A stretch of 36,318 nucleotides of DNA from Octopus bimaculoides. Lineage: Eukaryota. A model generated the notes under the pieces. It was not told the origin of the DNA. It saw nothing but the letters and a program-made list of their open reading frames with translations, and did not search any database. The DNA is taken from contig NC_068983.1 in NCBI RefSeq assembly GCF_001194135.2, positions 150,908,351 through 150,944,668 on the forward strand, given 5' to 3'. How positions within the stretch are numbered: the stretch's first letter is position 1; each line of letters opens with the position of its first letter. Shown here in pieces: positions 34,410-36,318 of this stretch. The position numbers and the translations under genes are program-made.

Positions 34410-34465
34410 CATATATATTTATATGAATATATACATATCTATATAATTATATATAAGTATGTGTT

Positions 34466-34540
<75 letters not shown>
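34140..34540. repeat. Degenerate (TA)n/(CATA)n/(TG)n field
   Basis: Direct reading. Confidence 0.85.
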
Positions 34541-34542
<2 letters not shown>

Positions 34543-35249
34543 CTCTGTGTGCGAATGGATGCATATATTTATATAAACAACCATATATCCACAAGATAAG
34601 ATGGCGTCAAAATCCAACTATTTGGCTGTTATATTCTTATTTATCGCATACACTGCCACCTGCCATACCCTACGCTCTTGATATTCGCGCACACAGGCGT
34701 CATTGCGTCATTGGGAAACATTTGTCTTTCCACAAACATATACAGTTTATATATATATATATAAAGTACAGTACACACTCTCACACACAAACACACGCGT
34801 CACGCACATCTACATGCGTTAGGATTTCGCACATATAGTGGCTTTAAAAACTTCGATCAGCTGTGATTATCCAATCCTGTAGGAAGTAAAAGTTCTATCA
34901 GAAAGGTGTTTGAAATCTGGGAACAACAAGCGAAATGACTCCAATACCATCATCTGATCGAAATTTGCTGTTCAATGCTGAGAAGTTTCAAGCGTTGCAC
35001 TATAACTCTACAAACACTATAGTCGGTGTTTAGGATCAGTGGGTAATGCATTGCCAGAGTAAGAATTGGTGTATGACCTTTGAAACCACATGAGTAATGA
35101 TGCAATATTCCATGTGCATATTACCAAGATGGAAACACTGTGCAGGTGAGTAGCTAGATGGATTCTGAGATCATTAAGTACCAANNNNNNNNNNAGGTGA
35201 GTAGCTAGATGGATTCTGAGATCATTAAGTACCAAGTAAATGAGGTCCA

Positions 35250-36027
35250 TAATGTAGGACTTTCGTATTCAGTCGTTTGGATTACTGCTCTCAATTGTGC
35301 TCAGTGTTGGCATGACGAAGGTTTCTGTTCGGTTGCTACCACGTCTTCTGACACCAGATCAAAAGCGCACCAGGCTAACAACACAGGAAAATCTGACATT
35401 GTTTGAGGCAGATCCAACTGGTTTCCTTGAACGTATTCTAAGCCAGGATGCGTGTTGAGTACATCACTTTGAGCCAGAGGCAATGAGGCAATCCTTGCAA
35501 TGAAAGCACCCCTACTCACCCGCTCCAAAGAAGGCTAAGGTTAATTCATCTGCAGGGAGGACGATGGCCTTAGATTTTGGGGGATGCAAAAAACATTATA
35601 TTCAGCGAATATCTTCAAAAAGTCCACGCCATCAATAGAAAATACTATGCCAACTTGCTGAGGCAATTACGAAAGACTATCAAGACCAAACGCTCAGGAA
35701 AACTGATGAAAGTAGTCTTGCTTCATTAGGACAATCCTCCAGCATACAAGTCCTTGCATTCAACGGCTACTGTTCATAACTGGTTTTAAACTGATTTAAA
35801 GCCAGTTTATTCTGATGATTTGGCCCCATGTGACTATAGTCGGTTCTCTACATGAAAAAAAAAAAACACTTGCATGGGAACCAGTATTGCGGTGAAGATG
35901 ACTTAATATTTGTTGTTGATGACTGTTTGGACCAAGAGAATGAAGGCTTCTTCAACAATGGGACCCAAGCACTTAAACACGAAGGAAGAAGTGAATGAAC
36001 CGCAATAGGGACTATGTTGAAAAATAA
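35250..36027 (+). pseudogene. Decayed mariner transposase (catalytic domain to C-terminus)
   Basis: GMTKVSVRLLPRLLTPDQK, ILSQDAC*VHHFEPE, PAPKKAK, EYLQK...YYANLLRQLRK, LH*DNPPAYKS, YSDDLAPCDY (YSPDLAP motif), and terminal DYVEK* with stop at 36025-36027. Confidence 0.9.
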
Positions 36028-36134
36028 AACTCATTTCGTCACATTCTGCGAGAGTATCTTGGTCAAAATCGAGATATACGCTCACTGACACAAACGCTCA
36101 GATATTTAGTTACGTTTGTATATGGAGAGTTGTG

Positions 36135-36148
36135 CGTATGCATGTATG

Positions 36149-36182
<34 letters not shown>

Positions 36183-36318
36183 TGGATGTATGTATGTATG
36201 TATATATGTATGTGTGTATGTATGTATGTATGTATGTATGTATGTATCGATGTATGCATGCATGCATGCATATATATATGTATGCATGTATATATGAATG
36301 TATATATATATATATATA
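36135..36318. repeat. (TATG)n/(TA)n microsatellite
   Basis: Direct reading. Confidence 0.9.

Larger units (their letters stand above)
3761..35194. other. Assembly gaps at 3761-4312, 10261-10794, 11494-12318, 17769-17778, 19969-20643, 24976-25543, 27200-27311, 30851-30860, 35185-35194
   Basis: Runs of N, mostly flanked by microsatellites; typical of a short-read draft assembly. Confidence 0.95.

Noticed and set aside
35145-35235. 40-bp duplication around the 10-N gap
   Set aside because: Typical scaffolding overlap artefact.
34860-35235. Possible additional mariner N-terminal fragment (VARWILRSL)
   Set aside because: One WVP-like motif only, next to a gap artefact.

Overview
Repeat-dense, AT-rich animal genomic DNA with no supportable intact protein-coding gene. 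The compound di/tri/tetranucleotide microsatellites and the recurring tRNA-derived SINE families strongly resemble octopus (coleoid cephalopod) DNA; this is an inference from sequence style. Almost all long ORFs in the track are microsatellite or N-gap artefacts. Decayed mobile elements recognised by manual translation: an RTE-clade LINE, two mariner transposase pseudogenes plus a mariner end fragment, a HERO-like and an R4/Dong-like restriction-like-endonuclease (RLE) LINE end, and a Helitron Pif1 helicase remnant. There is also a complete non-autonomous Helitron carrying a nested 8-bp-TSD MITE with a telomere-repeat palindrome, and many SINE copies from three families. The most interesting signal is a small family of minimal type I hammerhead ribozyme motifs with a palindromic stem III. 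One is well formed and lies in a perfect 101-bp fold-back at 19.46-19.78 kb; a decayed relative lies at 3.66-3.76 kb. This architecture fits Penelope-like elements or retrozymes. All coordinates were read by eye and may be off by a few bases.
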